The notes under the pieces were generated by a model that had not been told where the DNA came from, made no database searches, and saw nothing but the letters and a program-made list of their open reading frames with translations. Positions 50,586 to 55,000 of a stretch of 55,000 nt of DNA are shown here, piece after piece. The stretch's first letter is position 1. Each line of letters starts with the position of its first letter. Both the position numbers and the translations under genes were made by a program. Source of the DNA: Prorocentrum cordatum (Eukaryota); NCBI GenBank assembly GCA_963575745.1, contig CAUYUJ010000193.1:62001-117000 (forward strand). Direction: 5' to 3'.

Positions 50586-52444
50586 GTGTAATTCCGCGAC
50601 GTGTTCGAACATGCCCAGAGGGCGACATGCAAGCGTTGTGGGTGGTGTGTGTGGGGGGACCTGAATGGTGGGCACGATTTCTTATATGTATAGGTATCTG
50701 TATATACATATGTATGCATACACCCATATGTACATACACCTTTCTCATCTACGCGAGCGCGCTTCGCTTGCCCTCTCCCTCTCTCTCTATATATATATGT
50801 TCATACACACACGCACTATCTTTTTTTGTCCTCTTTCTCTCTATCTGGATCTCCGCCCATCTTTGTCCTCGCTCCCACGTGCACGAGTAGTAGAGGCCCC
50901 GGCCCCGCCAGATCGGCGCCAGGGACTGCATGCCGACGCGGAGATGCCCGGGCGCGCTGCGGCGTTCGCGCGTCCTCTCCCTCCTCCTCCTCCTCCTCCT
51001 CATCCTGCTCCTCCTCCTCCTCCTCCTCCTCCTCCGCTCCTCTTCTTCACCTTTCCTCCCTCTTCCAGCCATCCCTCGTCTCTCTTCTCGCTCCTCTCGC
51101 TTCCCGGCTCGGGGTCTCCCCCGCTCCTCTGTCCTTCTCCTCCCCGTCCGCCAGCCCCTCCTCCTGTTCTCTCTCGTATCCCCCCCCCCCGTTCCCTCCG
51201 ATGCTGTCGATCGGCCGAGGTGTTTGTAGTTTCTTTGACCGAGTGTCCTTGCACCTCGAAGTTCTGTTCTTCGTAAGACTCTTCCTGCCGCTCGATTGCA
51301 ACCGAACCGAGGCGCCGAGATGGGTCTGCGTGCCTGCAGGTCAGAAGAAGTTCGTTCGAGTTGTAGTGCCGAACGCATGGATCCTAGGGCTGACAGTACG
51401 CTCCTGAGCCAACAAGGGGGGAGGAGGAGGAGGAGGAGGAGGAGGAGGAGGAGGAGGAGGAGGAGGAGGAAGAGGAGGAGGAGGAGGCGCCCGAGTGTGA
51501 TCTGCCACGCGCGCGCACGCCCGATGAAGGCGAGGATAGTCATACTGAACCACTTGTCTTTCGGCCGCCCCCGCTGCCGTCGCGGCAGAGGGGCCGACGC
51601 CAGGCACCGAGGCCTTCCCAGCGCCGGCGCGCCATCACACAACAAAAGATCGCTGTTCGACAGATCTGTGACACCCTGCTGCGTCGTGCAACTGCTTTCG
51701 TCCTTGTTTCGGCTCGGCTTCACATCTGCCAAGGCCGTCCTCGGGTTGGGCCAGACGGCGTCAGGAGACCGGGAAGCGGCAGGTGACCGCGGCTTCAGAA
51801 TTCGATAGTTTCATTTTGAAAACCAGCCGCCCTCCACCATTATTCTCGTTCCATTCTGTTCAAGCCCTCCGCCTTTGTATCTGCTTGAGTTTTTAAAGAC
51901 GAGTGTGCGCGGCGGGCCGCGCTAGGGCGAGAGCTCCACTTTGACCTGCCTCCATTTCCGTAGCGTGGTGCAGTGTTCAAGCTTCAGGGTTTTTGCGTTG
52001 TGAGGGAGTCTCAAGCGAAACGCCCTTCCCGTCCCACTGACACGTCTCAGGGTGCGACCGGGAGGGGATATCTATGAGGAGCAAGGATGGAGTATCGTTC
52101 TTTCACCTTTTCTCCCTTCCTGCCTTCTGCCTTCTTTCTCCTTGTTTATTCTCCTCCCAACTCCCGTGGCTCCGAGGAGGTGTGAGCTTGAGGGGGCGGC
52201 GCCACGTCGTCTGCCCAGGCGGAACTCTTCATCCCCCGCCTGATGACAAGAGAGAAACGAGACCATCACGTGGGCGCCCCCAGACTCAAATTTGTCTCTT
52301 TTGCGGCCCGGGGTTCTTTCCCCCTGGGGGCCGTCTTGACCTGGTCCTCCTCCGTCATTCTTCGCTCTTCTCCCCCCGTGCCTGCCTCTTCCGGCGCCCT
52401 TTCTCCCATCCACCGCCCTCCTCTCACCCAACACTCTCCCCTCA

Positions 52445-52615
52445 TACTACTACTCCTACTACTACCTCTTCTTCTTTTAGTGCCATTACTACTAGTGCCA
52501 CTACTACTATTACCACTGCTACTACTACTACTACTACTACTACTGCTACCACTACTACATGCTACTACTACTACTACTACTACTAATACTAATACTACTA
52601 CTCCTACTCCTACTC

Positions 52616-52660
<45 letters not shown>

Positions 52661-52721
52661 ACCACTTACCACTTACCACTTACTACTTATTACTTACTAC
52701 TTACTACTACTACTACTACTA

Positions 52722-52753
<32 letters not shown>

Positions 52754-53328
52754 ACGACTACGACTACTACTACTACTACTACTATTACTACTACTACTAC
52801 TATTACTACTACTACTACTACTACTACTACTACCACTACCACTACCACTACCACTACCACTACTACTACCACTACCACTACCACTACCACTACCACTAAC
52901 CACTAACCCACTACCACTACATCTACCACTACCACTACCACTACCACTACCACTACTACTACTACACTACTACGTCTACATTACGACTACTACCCTACTA
53001 CACCACTACTACTACAACTACTACTACTGTTTCGGCAACTACTACTGCTTACTTCTACTTACTACTTACTACTTACTTCTTACTACTACACTTCTACTAC
53101 TACTACTACCACTACTACTACTACCCCTACTACTACTACTACCACTACCACTACTACTTCTACCACTACTACTTACTACTATTCTACCACAACCAGGTAC
53201 CACTACTACTAACACTACCACTACCAACTACCACTAGCTGCTACCACTACACTAACCACTGCCAGTATCACTACCACTACCACTACAACTACTACTACTA
53301 CTCACTACTACTACTACTACTGCTACTG

Positions 53329-53359
<31 letters not shown>

Positions 53360-53404
53360 CGCTACTACTACTACTGCTACTACTACTACTACTACTACTA
53401 CCAA

Positions 53405-53458
<54 letters not shown>

Positions 53459-53480
53459 CACTACTACACTAGTACTACTT

Positions 53481-53543
<63 letters not shown>

Positions 53544-53575
53544 ACTTACTACTACTGAGTACTACTACTACTACA

Positions 53576-53652
<77 letters not shown>

Positions 53653-53675
53653 AACAACAACAACTACAACTACAA
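52445..53675. repeat. (ACT)n/(ACTACC)n/(ACTACG)n microsatellite field
   Basis: Direct reading; reverse complement of the 16723-19045 repeat type. Confidence 0.96.
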
Positions 53676-53789
53676 CTCCCTGCTTCCGAGGCTCCCCCCC
53701 CCGCTGCTGGCCGCCGGGGCGCCGCCGCGCGTGGGCCGCATGACCGGCGACAGCGGCAGCGGCGATGGCAAGCAGCCGCTCCTCGGCAA

Positions 53790-54510
53790 TTCCGCGCCCC
53801 GCTCCCAGCCGGCGGCTGCGATCGAACGGGGCCAAGCCTTGGGGAGGACGCATTTTCAATGTATATATAATATAAACAAATAGGCCCCCCCCCCCCCGGC
53901 GGGGCCGCCCACTCCGCAACCATCGGGGAACGCTTTTTAATACCCCCTCCCCGGGGCCTCCAAGGAGCCTCCAAGGAGCCTCCAGACGACCCAAGATGCC
54001 TCCAAGACGGCCCCAGGAGGCCCCCAGGATGGTCCAAGAGGGCCCCGAGGCGGTCCCAGATCGCTCCAAGACGCCCAAGATGGTCCCAAGACGGCCCAAG
54101 GGGCCTCCAAGACGCCCCAAGAGGCCTCCAAGAGGCTCTCCAAGAGGGCCCCAAGAGGCTCGAATCGTTGATTTTCCATTGTGTTTTTCGTTGTTTTTGG
54201 CTTTCTCTCCTTTTGGGCTCCCTGGCGCTCCAAGACGGCCAAGAGGCACCCAAGATCGCCCCAAGACGGCCCAAGAGGCCACCAAGACGGCCCCAAGACG
54301 GCCCAAGAGCGCCCCGGGACCGCTTAAGAGGCCTCGAAGACGGCCCAAGAGAGTCCCAACACGGCTCCAAGAAGGGGCCCAGACGCGGGATCCGAGCGCA
54401 CTTTACGGGCCCTCGGCCCCAAGAGCATCCCCAGAAACCACTAGAGGCTCCCAAAGGCCCCCAAGAGCCCCCCGGGAGGCCTCCAAGAGCCCCCGAGCAG
54501 GCACCGAAAC
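53790..54510 (-). repeat. CCAAGACGGCC (GGCCGTCTTGG) ~11-bp repeat family, opposite orientation to 14950-15570
   Basis: Tandem CCAAGA(C/G)G(G/C)CC units 53955-54490. Confidence 0.85.
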
Positions 54511-55000
54511 GAGCCCCATGCGATTTCGGACACTTTCATATGCACCCCTTCTTCCTTCCGATCCGTTCCGTTGAGCTGCCTGCATTGAGTAGCATGTGCA
54601 TTGCATTTCAATTCAACAATAATGCTGTGAATCGCGCTGCATTTGCAACGTTTGGCGTTTGTTTTACTACTCGCATTGGTCTGCATGGCGTTGCATTCGA
54701 TACGTCTGTGTGCGCCCTCGTGTGTACTACGGCCCTGTTCGGTCTGCGCCATTGTTACCTCTCCAGTTCATGCTCCTGCCATTAGTGGTTACGTGCACGC
54801 GTGCACATGTTAGCTTTGAGAGGATGGGGGCTGCTGGAACCTCAGCGCGCTCGAACTGCGCGTGTGGTGTTAGTTGGGGCCGAGGGTGCGAGCTTAGCGT
54901 GCACATGTTAGCTTTGAAAGGATGGGTGTTTCTGTGGCCTCCTCGTCCTCCTCCGTCGGGACAGCCCATGTCTACTTAGCTGATCTCGGTGCCGTCGCCC

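Noticed and set aside
51840..52020. Possible dinoflagellate spliced-leader relics (CCATTCTGTTCAAG ~51851; TCCGTAGC...TGTTCAAG 51957-51981)
   Set aside because: Only partial matches to DCCGTAGCCATTTTGGCTCAAG and no convincing downstream ORF.
52238..52262. CTGATGA...GAAAC hammerhead-ribozyme-like core
   Set aside because: The intervening bases cannot form stem II and no flanking stems are evident.

Overview
GC-rich, repeat-saturated eukaryotic DNA that is almost certainly from a dinoflagellate (Prorocentrum-like). The evidence is an HU-derived histone-like-protein (HCc/HLP) relic, GC-AG introns with AG|G acceptors and very large microsatellite fields. Most ORFs in the supplied track are artefacts of repeats. 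I can assemble one real spliced gene on the + strand from at least 5 exons (9464-21252, start codon not located). It encodes a long low-complexity protein with 37-aa tandem repeats, two AT-hook-like motifs and a C-terminal MDC1/PTIP-type tandem BRCT domain that keeps the phosphopeptide-binding residues. A frameshifted HLP pseudogene fragment lies at 7605-7797 (-). The rest is nested repeats: (i) a diverged ~1.0-1.35 kb (GC)n-rich macro-repeat in three arrays; (ii) at least four non-autonomous insertions with a shared architecture (element-specific 8-12 bp subterminal inverted repeats, a terminal hairpin clear in three of the four, microsatellite and tandem-repeat cargo, and, where testable, insertion into A-runs with no clear TSD), resembling Helentron/DINE-1 rolling-circle elements; (iii) several MITE-like foldbacks, one with a clean 5-bp TSD nested in a larger TIR element. 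All analysis was by eye; no searches were run.
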